NCBI GenBank assembly: GCA_050250895.1
Contig: JBFWNU010000001.1
Span: 1,320,008-1,384,007 of the forward strand
Origin: Vulcanimicrobiota bacterium
Lineage (GTDB): Bacteria > Vulcanimicrobiota > Xenobia > Xenobiales > JADMJV01
DNA: 64,000 bases
Reading direction: 5' to 3'
Part shown: positions 26,273 through 35,725 of the stretch, piece after piece
Layout of the letters: every line of letters begins with the position of its first letter
Position numbering within the stretch: the stretch's first letter is position 1
The notes under the pieces: generated by a model
Databases searched by the model: none
What the model saw: the letters and a program-made list of their open reading frames with translations, nothing else
What the model was told of the DNA's origin: nothing
Program-made: the position numbers and the translations under genes

Positions 26273-28120
26273 TCAGGCGTACTTTTGGTGCCAGAGCTGA
26301 AACATCAGCAAAGTCCAGATCGGCTTTCGGTGATCGGCCTGGCCGGCCAGGTGCTGGTCGACCAGCCTCTGGATTGGCTGGTGGTGGAACAGGCCCTGAG
26401 CTTTCAAGTGTTCAGGCCGCAGATGACTTTCGACCAGGGGGCGTAAGTCACCTCGAACCCAGTCGGCCACGGGAATGCCGAAACCCTTTTTGGCCCGTTT
26501 GACAGTCGCGGTCGGCAGGCTGGGCCCGAGCGCCTGTTTGAGGGCCAGCTTGCAATCCGGCCCTCGGAACTTCAGGCTCGAGGGCAGGTGGGCCAGAAAC
26601 TCGACCACCGTATGGTCGAGAAAGGGCACCCGGCCTTCCAGCGAAACAGCCATGGTGGCCCGGTCGAGCTTGACCAGTAGATCGTCGGCCAGATAGCCGT
26701 GGAGATCGAGAGTCTGGATGGTCTCGGTGCCCCGGGTGCCGGCCAGGGGAAATCGCCCCAGGGGTTCGAGCACCGGTTCTTCGGGCGGCGTCAACAGCAG
26801 GTCCGGGGTGTCGACCGGGAAAGAGCCCATCCAGTTGACATGACGGGTGACGCGGTCACAGTCGATGGCCGAGAAGAAGCGCTTGAGCTTGAAGTCGAGG
26901 CTGAGGTAGTGGCGCGAGACGGGCAGGTGGTTGACCAGCCATCGAAAGAGGGCCAGGACAGGTCGGGGCAACCAGCCCATTCCATCGGCCAGTTGATGGG
27001 CCCAATAGGTGGGATAGCCGCCCAACAGCTCGTCGGCCCCTTCCCCTGAAAGGGCGACGGTGACGTGCTCGCGGGCGAACTGACTAAGCAGATAGGTGGG
27101 CACGATGGCGGCATCTCCCAGGGGCTCGTCGAGCACCTCGAGCAGTGGCTCGAGCACCGCCTGAGTGGTGGCAGCTTCCAGGATGCGCTCGTGATGCTCG
27201 GTGCCCAGAAAGCGGGCCACCTCGCGGAAGTGACGGGACTCGTCGAAGCTCTCTTCGCGAAAGCCGATGGAGAAGGTCTTGACTTGACCGGGATGCAGCT
27301 CGCACATGAGGGCCGTGAGGCTGGAAGAATCGAGACCACCCGACAGGAAAATTCCCAGGGGCACATCCGAGATCAGCCTTCGGCGCACCGATTCGCGCAG
27401 CAAATGGCGCAATTCCGCGGCCCAATCGCGGACCGGGCGGGCCGGGGCCGGTTGGAAGTGAACCGACCAGTAGGAGTGGGTGCGCAGGTGACCTTCTTCG
27501 AAAACCAGCAGGTGGCCGGGTAGCAGCTTGCGGATGTTGGCGAAGATGCTGCGCGGGCCGGGCACGTATTCGAAAGTGAGATACTGGCGTACGGCCGCCA
27601 GGTCGAGCTGGCGAGGAAAGTCCGTGGCCGCTAGAATCGCCTTGAGTTCGCTTCCGAAGTAGAGCCTCTGTTGGTGAAGCCCATAGTAGAGAGGCTTGAT
27701 TCCCAGGCGATCCCGGGCCAGCACCAGCCTTCGTCGGCGTGCGTCCCAGAGGGCCACTGCGAACATTCCATTGAGGTGGTCGACGAAGTCGAGGCCAAAG
27801 TCTTCATAGAGGTGGACCAGCACCTCGCCGTCGGTCCTGGTGTTGAAGTGGTGACCCTTTTCTTCGAGTTGACGTCGTAGGGACTGGAAGTTATAGATCT
27901 CGCCGTTGAAGACGGCAACTACCTGCAGGTCCTCCGAGAAGTAGGGCTGGCGACCACCGTCGAGATCGATGATCTTGAGGCGACGGATAGCCAGTCCCAC
28001 TTCCTGGGCGGTGTGAAAGCCGTCTTGATCGGGGCCGCGATGGACCAGTTGGCCGGCCATCCGGGGCAGTTCCTCATCCGGGGGCGGCGTTGGCCCGGCC
28101 CATCCGCAGATGCCGCACAT
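26273..28120 (-). CDS. asnB: Asparagine synthase (glutamine-hydrolysing) family amidotransferase
   Basis: N-terminal MCGICG, HRGPD, FNGEIYN, LSGGLDSS, SGEGADELLGGY, KKGFGIP. Confidence 0.93.
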   Translation of the reverse strand: MCGICGWAGPTPPPDEELPRMAGQLVHRGPDQDGFHTAQEVGLAIRRLKIIDLDGGRQPYFSEDLQVVAVFNGEIYNFQSLRRQLEEKGHHFNTRTDGEVLVHLYEDFGLDFVDHLNGMFAVALWDARRRRLVLARDRLGIKPLYYGLHQQRLYFGSELKAILAATDFPRQLDLAAVRQYLTFEYVPGPRSIFANIRKLLPGHLLVFEEGHLRTHSYWSVHFQPAPARPVRDWAAELRHLLRESVRRRLISDVPLGIFLSGGLDSSSLTALMCELHPGQVKTFSIGFREESFDESRHFREVARFLGTEHHERILEAATTQAVLEPLLEVLDEPLGDAAIVPTYLLSQFAREHVTVALSGEGADELLGGYPTYWAHQLADGMGWLPRPVLALFRWLVNHLPVSRHYLSLDFKLKRFFSAIDCDRVTRHVNWMGSFPVDTPDLLLTPPEEPVLEPLGRFPLAGTRGTETIQTLDLHGYLADDLLVKLDRATMAVSLEGRVPFLDHTVVEFLAHLPSSLKFRGPDCKLALKQALGPSLPTATVKRAKKGFGIPVADWVRGDLRPLVESHLRPEHLKAQGLFHHQPIQRLVDQHLAGQADHRKPIWTLLMFQLWHQKYA

Positions 28121-29086
28121 CTAGGTCTGAGCGGATTCTGACGAGATCCGACGGACCACATAGATCTTCTTGGCCTGGGACTCGTGATAGGTGCGGATGA
28201 CCAGTTCGGCCAGCAGGCCCAGCATGAGCGATTGCACGCCCAGAATGAGCAGAAGGGCCGACAGGCTGGGCAGGGGGGTGAGGATCATCGAGATACCCTG
28301 CACCACCTTCATATAGATCATGACACCGGCCGTGGTCAGGCCCGCCGCCAACAGCAACATGCCCACGCCCCCGAAGACATAGATGGGCTTGGTCGAGTAG
28401 AGCCCCAGGAAGCGAACGGTCAGCAGGTCGAGCAACACCTTGAAGGTGCGGCCGATGCCATATTTCGAGGTGCCGTGCAGGCGGGGGTGGTGAGCCACGA
28501 CGGTCTCGGTGATGGTGGCCCCCTGGTGCACCACCAGGGCCGGCAAGAAGCGGTGCATCTCGCCGTAGAGATTGAGCCCTTCCAGCGCCGAGCGGCGATA
28601 GACCTTGAGGGTGCAGCCGTAGTCGTGGAGGTGGACGCCGGTGGCCCACGAGATCAGCCGGTTGGCGATCTTCGAGGGGAGGGTGCGCGAGACGAAGGCG
28701 TCCTGGCGGTCTTTGCGCCAGCCGCTGACGATGTCATAGCCCTCGGCGGCCTGCTTCAAGAGTCGCGGAATGTCGGCCGGGTCGTTCTGGAGATCGGCGT
28801 CGAGAGTGACCACGAACTCGCCCCGCGCATGGTCAAAACCGGCTGCCATTGCGGCTGTCTGGCCGAAGTTTCGGCGTAGTTCGATCGCGATCACGCGGGA
28901 GTCATGGGCGGCCAGTTCACGCATGCGCAACACACTGCGGTCTCGGCTGCCGTCATCGACTAACAGCAGTTCCCAATTGATGTCGAGCGGTTCGAGGGCC
29001 TCCAGAATCTTGTCGTAGAGCGGCTGCAGGTTGTCCTCTTCGTTATAGACGGGAATCACGAGAGAAATAGCTGGGTCTTGGCTCAT
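28121..29086 (-). CDS. Glycosyltransferase family 2 (ArnC/DPM-like)
   Basis: VIPVYNEE, VDDGSRD, RRNFGQTAA, DADLQNDP; two C-terminal TM helices. Confidence 0.92.
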   Translation of the reverse strand: MSQDPAISLVIPVYNEEDNLQPLYDKILEALEPLDINWELLLVDDGSRDRSVLRMRELAAHDSRVIAIELRRNFGQTAAMAAGFDHARGEFVVTLDADLQNDPADIPRLLKQAAEGYDIVSGWRKDRQDAFVSRTLPSKIANRLISWATGVHLHDYGCTLKVYRRSALEGLNLYGEMHRFLPALVVHQGATITETVVAHHPRLHGTSKYGIGRTFKVLLDLLTVRFLGLYSTKPIYVFGGVGMLLLAAGLTTAGVMIYMKVVQGISMILTPLPSLSALLLILGVQSLMLGLLAELVIRTYHESQAKKIYVVRRISSESAQT

Positions 29087-29877
29087 GGCGGGCTGTTCAC
29101 TCCTGAGGGGTAGTTGACCTTTACCAGATAGAGCCCCCCCGGGGGGGCCGGCGGCGGAGCTTGCGCCGGATCGCGAAGGGCCAGCCGGCGAGCCGGTTCT
29201 TGAACCGCCCAGCGGCCGCGGCCCACCTCTACCAGGGCCGCCACCAGCAGCCGCACCATGCGACGAACGAAGGCGTTGGCCTCGAGCCGGAACGTGATCA
29301 GGGGCAGGTCGAAGGGAGCGGGACCCGCCCACTCACTTCGGCTAACGTCCAGGGCCGTCAGAGTGCGAATTCGACTCTGGTCAGCCGGAGCCCGGCTGGA
29401 ATAGGTGCTGAAGTCGTGTTCTCCGAGCAGTTGGCCGGCGGCTGCTTGCATGGCTCGCTGCTCGAGTGGGTCAGGCAGACACCAGGCCCGCTGCGACCAG
29501 AACAGGTCGTGGGATTGGCTCAGCACGTGGTAGTGATAGATTCGCGAGAGAGCGTCATAGCGGGGATGAAAGTCAGGGTCGGCCAGCTCGGCGTGAAGTA
29601 CCCGAATGGTCTCGGGCAGGATGGCATTCGCGCCGCGCACCACCACTTCGGGCGGGCGGTCGCGCTGGCTGTCGAAGGCGATCACCTGGCCGGTGGCGTG
29701 GACGCCGGCGTCGGTCCGTCCGGCCGCTTTGAGCTGGACCGGTTCTGCCATCAGGCTCGACAGGGCTCGCTCGAGGGTGCCCTGCACGCTCTCGGGCCCC
29801 CCTTCGGGCTGGCGCTGGAAGCCAGCGAAGGCATCCCCCTGGTAGGCCACGGTCAGGCGATAACGGGCCAAGGCCAC
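29083..29877 (-). CDS. truA: tRNA pseudouridine(38-40) synthase
   Basis: AYQG..FAGFQRQ, AGRTDAGVHA, GEHDFS, ANAF.RRMVR, APP.GLYL. Confidence 0.95.
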   Translation of the reverse strand: MALARYRLTVAYQGDAFAGFQRQPEGGPESVQGTLERALSSLMAEPVQLKAAGRTDAGVHATGQVIAFDSQRDRPPEVVVRGANAILPETIRVLHAELADPDFHPRYDALSRIYHYHVLSQSHDLFWSQRAWCLPDPLEQRAMQAAAGQLLGEHDFSTYSSRAPADQSRIRTLTALDVSRSEWAGPAPFDLPLITFRLEANAFVRRMVRLLVAALVEVGRGRWAVQEPARRLALRDPAQAPPPAPPGGLYLVKVNYPSGVNSPP

Positions 29878-30650
29878 TGCTCCAGATAAACGATGCTGCC
29901 CAACCATACCAGGCTGGTGAAAGTGAAAGCCCAGTCGACCGGGGTCACGGTTAGTGGGCAACGTTGGCTGCGCGGTTGTCCGCCTCGATAGCCTCGGGCC
30001 TCCATCGCCAGAGCCATGTGATCCGCGTGCTGGAGGGCGCGTACGAAGATGGGCACCAGCACGCCCCGCATCGCTCGCCAGCGAGCCAACCACGAGCCGT
30101 GGTCAAGGGGGGCTCCGCGACTGAGTTGGGCTTTGACTACGCGGTCGGCCTCAAGGGCAAGAATGGGCAAAAAACGCAGTGATAGCAGGCTCATGAGAGC
30201 AAGCTCGGCGACCGGCAGCCCCAGCCACCCCAGCGGTTTGAGAAAGCCCTCCAGCGCTCGGGCAGCGGCCAGAGGCCGGGTCGTCAGGGTCAATAGTGAA
30301 CTAAGGGCTACCAGCAGAAGCAGGCGCAAAGCCAGACGGGCCCCGTGTTCCAGGCCTTGAAGATGGGTCGCTTTGGCTTCCGGCCAGGCACTATGGAACG
30401 CCAGGATCAGCAAGGCCACCGCCAGGATTGGTTGTAGGCCGCGCCAAAAGTAGCCGCCCGGCAGGCGCGAGCTGAGCACCAGGCCCAGGCAGAAAGCGCT
30501 CAGCAACCCGAGGCTCTGCCAGCGTTCGACCAGGAACAGGGTCAGCATGGCCAAGCTGCCCACCACCAGCTTGGTGCGGGGATCGAGTCGGTGCAAAAGA
30601 GACCGCCCGGGCACGTACTGGCCCAGGGTCAGGTTTCGCAGCGGTTCGAT
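29853..30650 (-). CDS. ecfT: ECF transporter transmembrane component EcfT
   Basis: TLGQYVPG.S.LHRLDPRTK, LRFLP, AQ.SRG, AMEARGY. The first canonical start is GTG 30614, but the conserved N-terminus extends to about 30650. Confidence 0.9.
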   Translation of the reverse strand: MEPLRNLTLGQYVPGRSLLHRLDPRTKLVVGSLAMLTLFLVERWQSLGLLSAFCLGLVLSSRLPGGYFWRGLQPILAVALLILAFHSAWPEAKATHLQGLEHGARLALRLLLLVALSSLLTLTTRPLAAARALEGFLKPLGWLGLPVAELALMSLLSLRFLPILALEADRVVKAQLSRGAPLDHGSWLARWRAMRGVLVPIFVRALQHADHMALAMEARGYRGGQPRSQRCPLTVTPVDWAFTFTSLVWLGSIVYLEQWPWPVIA

Positions 30651-30656
30651 CGGGGT

Positions 30657-31496
30657 TTAATCCTCCTCGATCAGTCGGCTCAGGTATTGAGACTTCTTGT
30701 AGGCGGCAAAAACGGCCTTCGAGATCACCGTGCGCATTCCACCTTTTTCCAGGTGGTAGAGGGCGTCGGCGGTGGTGCCCCCGGGGGAGGTGACCTGGTT
30801 GCGCAGCTCAGCCAGGTGGCGAGGCGACTTCAGAGCGTAGTCGACGGAGCCTTTGACGGTCTGCAGCACCAGTTGCTCGGCGATGCGCCGCGAGAAGCCC
30901 ATATGGACGCCGGCGTCGACCAGGGCCTCCATGAAAAGGAAGACATAGGCGGGACCGGTTCCCGAGAGGGCGGTGGCCATATCGAGTTCGCCTTCACGAC
31001 TGACATAGACTTCCTCTCCGAGGGCCTGCAGAATGCGGCGGGCTTTCTGGCGGTCCGACTCGCTCACGGCCGCGGTGCAGGTCCAGACGCTCATCCCCTC
31101 ACCCAGCTGGGCCGGGGTGTTGGGCATGACACGCACCACCGCTTCGTGTTCGAGACCTTTGCACAGAGTCTCGGTGGTGACCCCGGCGATGATGCTCAAG
31201 ACCAGTTGCTCGCCTCGCACGTGTTTGCGGATGTCGTGCATGACGTCGCCCAGAGCCTGGGGTTTGATCGACAGAACCACGATGTCGGCGCCGTCGACGG
31301 CCGTAGTGTTTTCGGTTGTGGTGCGCACTCCGTACTGTTCGGCCAGGGTCTCGAGTCTGGTGGGAAGCGGGTCGGCGCAGGTGATGTTGGGGGCCGAAAC
31401 CAGTTGCTCGGCCAACAAGCCGTTGAGGATCGCCTCAGCCATGACGCCGCTACCGACGAAACCTAACTTAGTGTCTTGCAGCATAGGAGTGGGCAT
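30657..31496 (-). CDS. proC: Pyrroline-5-carboxylate reductase
   Basis: GFVGSGVMA, KPQ, RVMPNTP, ALSGTGPAY, VTSPGGTT. Confidence 0.96.
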   Translation of the reverse strand: MPTPMLQDTKLGFVGSGVMAEAILNGLLAEQLVSAPNITCADPLPTRLETLAEQYGVRTTTENTTAVDGADIVVLSIKPQALGDVMHDIRKHVRGEQLVLSIIAGVTTETLCKGLEHEAVVRVMPNTPAQLGEGMSVWTCTAAVSESDRQKARRILQALGEEVYVSREGELDMATALSGTGPAYVFLFMEALVDAGVHMGFSRRIAEQLVLQTVKGSVDYALKSPRHLAELRNQVTSPGGTTADALYHLEKGGMRTVISKAVFAAYKKSQYLSRLIEED

Positions 31497-31593
31497 TTTC
31501 CCCAGGCGAGAAACTTCCCTTCCGGGGCTGTTCATAAACTGTTAACAATGTGGAAAGAAAAGGGCTTTGGAAAGGGCTAGCAAACCATCGGGG

Positions 31594-32979
31594 ATGAAAA
31601 TCCTGTTTCTTGCCGCCGAGGCCACCCCGTTCATCAAGGTGGGGGGGCTGGGTGATGTGGCCGGGGCTCTGCCGGCGGCCTTGCGCCGACGGGGGCTGGA
31701 CGTGCGTCTGATCTGCCCGCGCTACGGCACTATCGAGCCCGGGCGATGGGGCCTGACCAGGGTGCTGGACAATTTTCCTGTCCAGATGGACTGGCGACGA
31801 GAAGAGTGCCAGTTGTTGGGGGCCCCCGATGGACAGAGCTTTTTTCTGGAGAATCAGTATTTCTTTGGCTCGCGAAGCCAGGCTTATGGCGAGAACGACG
31901 ATCCCGAGCGCTTCGTGCTTTTCGCTCGGGCGGCCATCGAGGCGTGCCGCTACCTGAATTGGTGGCCCGACGTCATCCACGCCCACGACTGGCATTCGGC
32001 CGCGGCCGTTCGCATCCACTGGGCCGCCAAGCCTCGCTCGGGGCTGGTCTTCACGATTCACAACATCGCTCATCAGGGCATGTGCGCCAACTCGAAGTGG
32101 CCGCTCCTGGGCGTCTACAACGCCATGGGTCACCTCAACCTGATGGAGCAGGCCATCTATGCCGCCGACGTGATCACGACCGTCAGCCCGACTTATGCCA
32201 ACGAGATCCGAACCCGCGAGTACGGGTTTGGGCTCGACAGTATTCTCTGGCAGCGTTCGGATCGTCTGGTCGGTATTCTCAATGGTATCGATACCGAGAG
32301 TTGGAATCCGGCCACCGATGAGGAGTTGGTCGGCAACTATGATGCCGGCCACCTGCGGGGCAAGGCCCGCTGCAAAGCTCATTTACAGAAGAAGATGGGA
32401 CTGGCGGTCAATCCCGACGTTCCGCTCATCGGAGTCGTCAGCCGTCTCGACGATCAGAAAGGGATCAGCCTGATTGTCGACTCGTTGGGCGATATCCTGG
32501 CCCTGACCAACGCTCAGCTGATGGTGCTGGGCTCCGGGCACGATGCCTATGAGAACGCCTTTCGTCGGGCCACCCATCACCATCCGGACCGCATCGCCAA
32601 CTATATCGGTTTCCACGCCGGCCTGGCCCGAGAGGTGTATGCGGGCTCCGACATTTTCTTGATGCCTTCATCCTTTGAGCCGTGCGGCTTGAGCCAGCTG
32701 ATCGCCATGCGCTATGGGACGCTTCCGGTGGTGCGCGCCACCGGCGGGCTGGTCGACACCGTGCGCGATCGGGTGCACGAAGATGGCGTTGGTTATCTGT
32801 TTGGTCCCTATGACAAAGGCTCGATGCTGGGGGGGCTCGGGCGAGCCCTGCGCGACTATTGGGAGCGGGGCTCCTGGGAAGCGGCGATGCGGCGGGCTAT
32901 GAGTCTCGATTTCTCCTGGGACCGCTCGGCGGCCCGCTATGAGGAAATCTATCAGTGGGCGGTGGACGTTTCCCGCTAA
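31594..32979 (+). CDS. glgA: Glycogen synthase
   Basis: KVGGLGDV, HAHDWH, TIHN..HQG, PS.FEPCGLSQL.AMRYG, TGGL.DTV. Confidence 0.96.
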   Translation: MKILFLAAEATPFIKVGGLGDVAGALPAALRRRGLDVRLICPRYGTIEPGRWGLTRVLDNFPVQMDWRREECQLLGAPDGQSFFLENQYFFGSRSQAYGENDDPERFVLFARAAIEACRYLNWWPDVIHAHDWHSAAAVRIHWAAKPRSGLVFTIHNIAHQGMCANSKWPLLGVYNAMGHLNLMEQAIYAADVITTVSPTYANEIRTREYGFGLDSILWQRSDRLVGILNGIDTESWNPATDEELVGNYDAGHLRGKARCKAHLQKKMGLAVNPDVPLIGVVSRLDDQKGISLIVDSLGDILALTNAQLMVLGSGHDAYENAFRRATHHHPDRIANYIGFHAGLAREVYAGSDIFLMPSSFEPCGLSQLIAMRYGTLPVVRATGGLVDTVRDRVHEDGVGYLFGPYDKGSMLGGLGRALRDYWERGSWEAAMRRAMSLDFSWDRSAARYEEIYQWAVDVSR

Positions 32980-33562
32980 GGTTCTAACGGCGGCCGTCGG
33001 GGCGGTGGTGGTGACCATCGCTGTCCTGAGCTTGAGCGGGCGGGTGTGGTGGTGCGCCTGCGGCCAGGCCTATCCCTTCAGTCTCGACATCTGGAGTGCG
33101 CATAACTCCCAGCACCTGGCCGACCCGTATGTCTTTACTCACCTGCTGCACGGGTTTCTCTTTTGCGCGCTGGCCCGGCTGCTCGTTCGCGACCGTCTCG
33201 AGCCCGAGCAGGTCTGGTTGCTGGTGGTGCTGGTCGAGTGTCTGTGGGAGTTAGCCGAGAACACTCCCTCGGTCATTGTCCGCTATCGTGAGTCGACTCT
33301 GGCCCTGGACTACTTTGGTGATTCCATCGCTAATTCGCTGGGCGATATCCTGGCCTGTGCCCTCGGGTGTTGGCTGGGGTTGCGTCTGCCAGTGTGGGCT
33401 TCGGTATCGATTTTCCTGATCACCGAGGTCTTGTTGGCCCTGTGGATTCGGGACGGACTGCTGTTGAGCGTGTGGATGCTGTTCTTCTCTACCGAGACCA
33501 TCCGCCAATGGCAGCTGCATGGTAGGGATATGCCACAGGGAGCGAGGTGGTTGGGGTGGTAA
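32939..33562 (+). CDS. DUF2585 (UPF0314) membrane protein
   Basis: GR.WWC.CG, HNSQHL.DPY.FTH..HG, WE..EN, YFGDS..NS.GD, IRDGL.L. Confidence 0.85.
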   Translation: MRKSISGRWTFPAKVLTAAVGAVVVTIAVLSLSGRVWWCACGQAYPFSLDIWSAHNSQHLADPYVFTHLLHGFLFCALARLLVRDRLEPEQVWLLVVLVECLWELAENTPSVIVRYRESTLALDYFGDSIANSLGDILACALGCWLGLRLPVWASVSIFLITEVLLALWIRDGLLLSVWMLFFSTETIRQWQLHGRDMPQGARWLGW

Positions 33563-33574
33563 GATAGACGAGGG

Positions 33575-33964
33575 ATGTTGTCAAGACGAACATACGGGGC
33601 CCTGTTGGTGGAAGCTCTCGTGAGTTTTATGATATTTCTGGTCGCCACCATGTCACTCTATGGGCTTCTGGCCACGGCTCGTCGCTCTGAGGCAAGGGCC
33701 CGCCAGCTGACGGCCGCCAGTCAGCTGGGCCGTGAGTTGTTGGAGCGCTACCGCTCTCGCGCCTTCGCTGAAGTGACACCAGGGACCGAGAAAGGGCGGG
33801 TTCGCCTCGAGACCCGCCGCGACAACCTGGCGGGGCTTTTAGTGCTAGACTATCAGGTTCAAGTCAGTTCGGGGCCCGGCAGTCTCAAGAGCGTGGTGGT
33901 CACGATCTGGTGGACTCAGGAGCCGGCCGGCAAGGTCGAGATGGAGAGTTATGTCGGGCCGTAG
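33575..33964 (+). CDS. Minor pilin/pseudopilin (PilV-like)
   Basis: RR..G/ALLVE.LV class III signal-like N-terminus; C-terminal K.VVVTI.W. Confidence 0.7.
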   Translation: MLSRRTYGALLVEALVSFMIFLVATMSLYGLLATARRSEARARQLTAASQLGRELLERYRSRAFAEVTPGTEKGRVRLETRRDNLAGLLVLDYQVQVSSGPGSLKSVVVTIWWTQEPAGKVEMESYVGP

Positions 33965-34499
33965 GGGCATGTCGCTGGTCGAGGTGATGGTCTACTGCAT
34001 GCTGCTGGCGCTGTTCTCGGCAGCCGTCTTCGTGTCGCTTCCGAGCAGGGCCACCCGCACCACCCAGGACCTGCACCAGGCCACCAGCCAGGCGAGCCTG
34101 GCCCTGACGCGTCTGGTGGGCGAACTCGACAACAGTCTGGCCAGTACCGTCTCGAACACCGACAGTTCGGTCCTCTTTCTTTCAGCCACGCCCCAGAAGG
34201 GGGGCCTTCGCTACGATTCCGAGGGAGAGTTGCTGTGGCAGGGTTGGGTTGCTTACGTCTACGAGAAGCCCACGCTCACTCGCTACTGGCTGCCGCTGGC
34301 CAGCGAAAGCGTGAAAAGCGGCGTGGGCACGACCCCAACTCTCGACCAGGTCCGCAAAGGCAGTGCCCGGGTTATCGCCCGCGGGGTCACTTTCTTTAGC
34401 GTCACTCGCGAGTCGTCTAGCCTGTGGGTCTTTCAGGCCCGGGTGGAGGTGGGCGGATCCTTTCACCGTCTGCGGACCGGGGGAGGGCCACGCCGATGA
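33951..34499 (+). CDS. Prepilin-type N-terminal protein (PilW-like)
   Basis: RRG/MSLVEVMV cleavage and methylation motif. Confidence 0.8.
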   Translation: MSGRRGMSLVEVMVYCMLLALFSAAVFVSLPSRATRTTQDLHQATSQASLALTRLVGELDNSLASTVSNTDSSVLFLSATPQKGGLRYDSEGELLWQGWVAYVYEKPTLTRYWLPLASESVKSGVGTTPTLDQVRKGSARVIARGVTFFSVTRESSSLWVFQARVEVGGSFHRLRTGGGPRR

Positions 34500-35725
34500 G
34501 AACCCGTCGCCGTGCCGCCATGCTGATTGTAGCTCTGTCGTTGATCGGGGTGCTCTGGTTTTTGGTCATCGGTTTTGCCCACCACTCCTCTCAGGCGGTG
34601 CGCTTGGCTCGGGCGGGCCTGGCTTCGGAGCGGGCTCTGTGGGCGGCCGAGGCGGGCATCCGGCAGACTCTTGAAGGTTTGACCAAGGATGTCAGCTATC
34701 GCCCCAAGAGTGGCTACACCGCCATGGCCCACACGGGCGAGAGCTATAAAGTGCAGGTTTTTACCTCGCTCAACTCGCCGATCAAGCTCTCCACCAGCGG
34801 GCTCTACGTGTTGTCCACGGGCCGCGATCGTTCTGGTCTCGAGCGGCGGGTCGCGGTGGTGGTCACCATCAGCCAGGGTTCGAGCCCGGTCAGCTTTTCG
34901 GTCTTCGCCAATCACCTCGATATGAGTGGGGGCTGCTCGATGGACTCGTTCAACTCGACGGTGGGCTCTTATCCTCGCGGCAGCGAAGCCACCGTGGCCA
35001 CCAATGCAACGAAGGCGGCCTCGATCGAGCTCTCGGGCGGCTCGTATATCCAGGGCCGAATCCAGGTCGGACCGGGCGGAGTGACGGGCGAGGCCAGGCC
35101 CAGCAAGCCTACCAAGAACACCAACAACGTCGTCTGGAAAGACTGGAGTTGTTGGAGTCTCGACGAGTCCAATCTGGATAAGCCCATCGAACTACCTGCT
35201 GTCAGCAGCCCGAGTGCCGGCAGCACCGATTTGAAGGTCAACTACAAAGGGGCTGACGTGGCTCCCGGCAGCTATGCCGAGTTGCAGGCCAGCGGGGGCG
35301 GCGAGGTGCGGCTTAAAGGCGGTGTCTACGTCTTCAAGTCGATCAAGCTCACGGGTGGCGCCAAGCTCAGCTTTACCGGCACCAGCGAACCGGCCGTGGT
35401 CTATATCACCGAATCGTTGGACATGTCCAACGGGGTTTTCTATAACACCAGCCTGCGTCCTAAGAATCTCGTCTTCATGCTGGCCAAGGGGGCCGAAGCC
35501 AAGCTCACGGGCGGAGCCCAGGCCTATGCCATTGTCTATGGTCCCGAAGCCAACCTCGACCTGACCGGCGGCACCGACCTCTACGGCGCCCTGGTGGGTA
35601 ATGACGTGAAACTGCGGGGAGGCTCGCGCGTTCATTACGATGTGGATCTGGCCAAGAATCCTCCGGCCGTGTTCGGCCAGACCGGCAGCGGGGGGATGTC
35701 GGTCCAGAGTTGGCAGAGACTCTAG
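34496..35725 (+). CDS. PilX-like protein with Gly-rich beta-helical C-terminal domain
   Basis: RRRAAMLIVAL..., ALWAAEAGI, repeated (L/M)(S/T)GG motifs, YG.LVG..V.L.GGS.VHYD; ATGA overlap with the previous gene. Confidence 0.75.
   Translation: MRTRRRAAMLIVALSLIGVLWFLVIGFAHHSSQAVRLARAGLASERALWAAEAGIRQTLEGLTKDVSYRPKSGYTAMAHTGESYKVQVFTSLNSPIKLSTSGLYVLSTGRDRSGLERRVAVVVTISQGSSPVSFSVFANHLDMSGGCSMDSFNSTVGSYPRGSEATVATNATKAASIELSGGSYIQGRIQVGPGGVTGEARPSKPTKNTNNVVWKDWSCWSLDESNLDKPIELPAVSSPSAGSTDLKVNYKGADVAPGSYAELQASGGGEVRLKGGVYVFKSIKLTGGAKLSFTGTSEPAVVYITESLDMSNGVFYNTSLRPKNLVFMLAKGAEAKLTGGAQAYAIVYGPEANLDLTGGTDLYGALVGNDVKLRGGSRVHYDVDLAKNPPAVFGQTGSGGMSVQSWQRL

Noticed and set aside
31530-31550. TGTTAACA palindrome between proC and glgA
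   Set aside because: Only 8 bp; it does not fit CRP, Rex or CcpA consensus spacing well enough to call.
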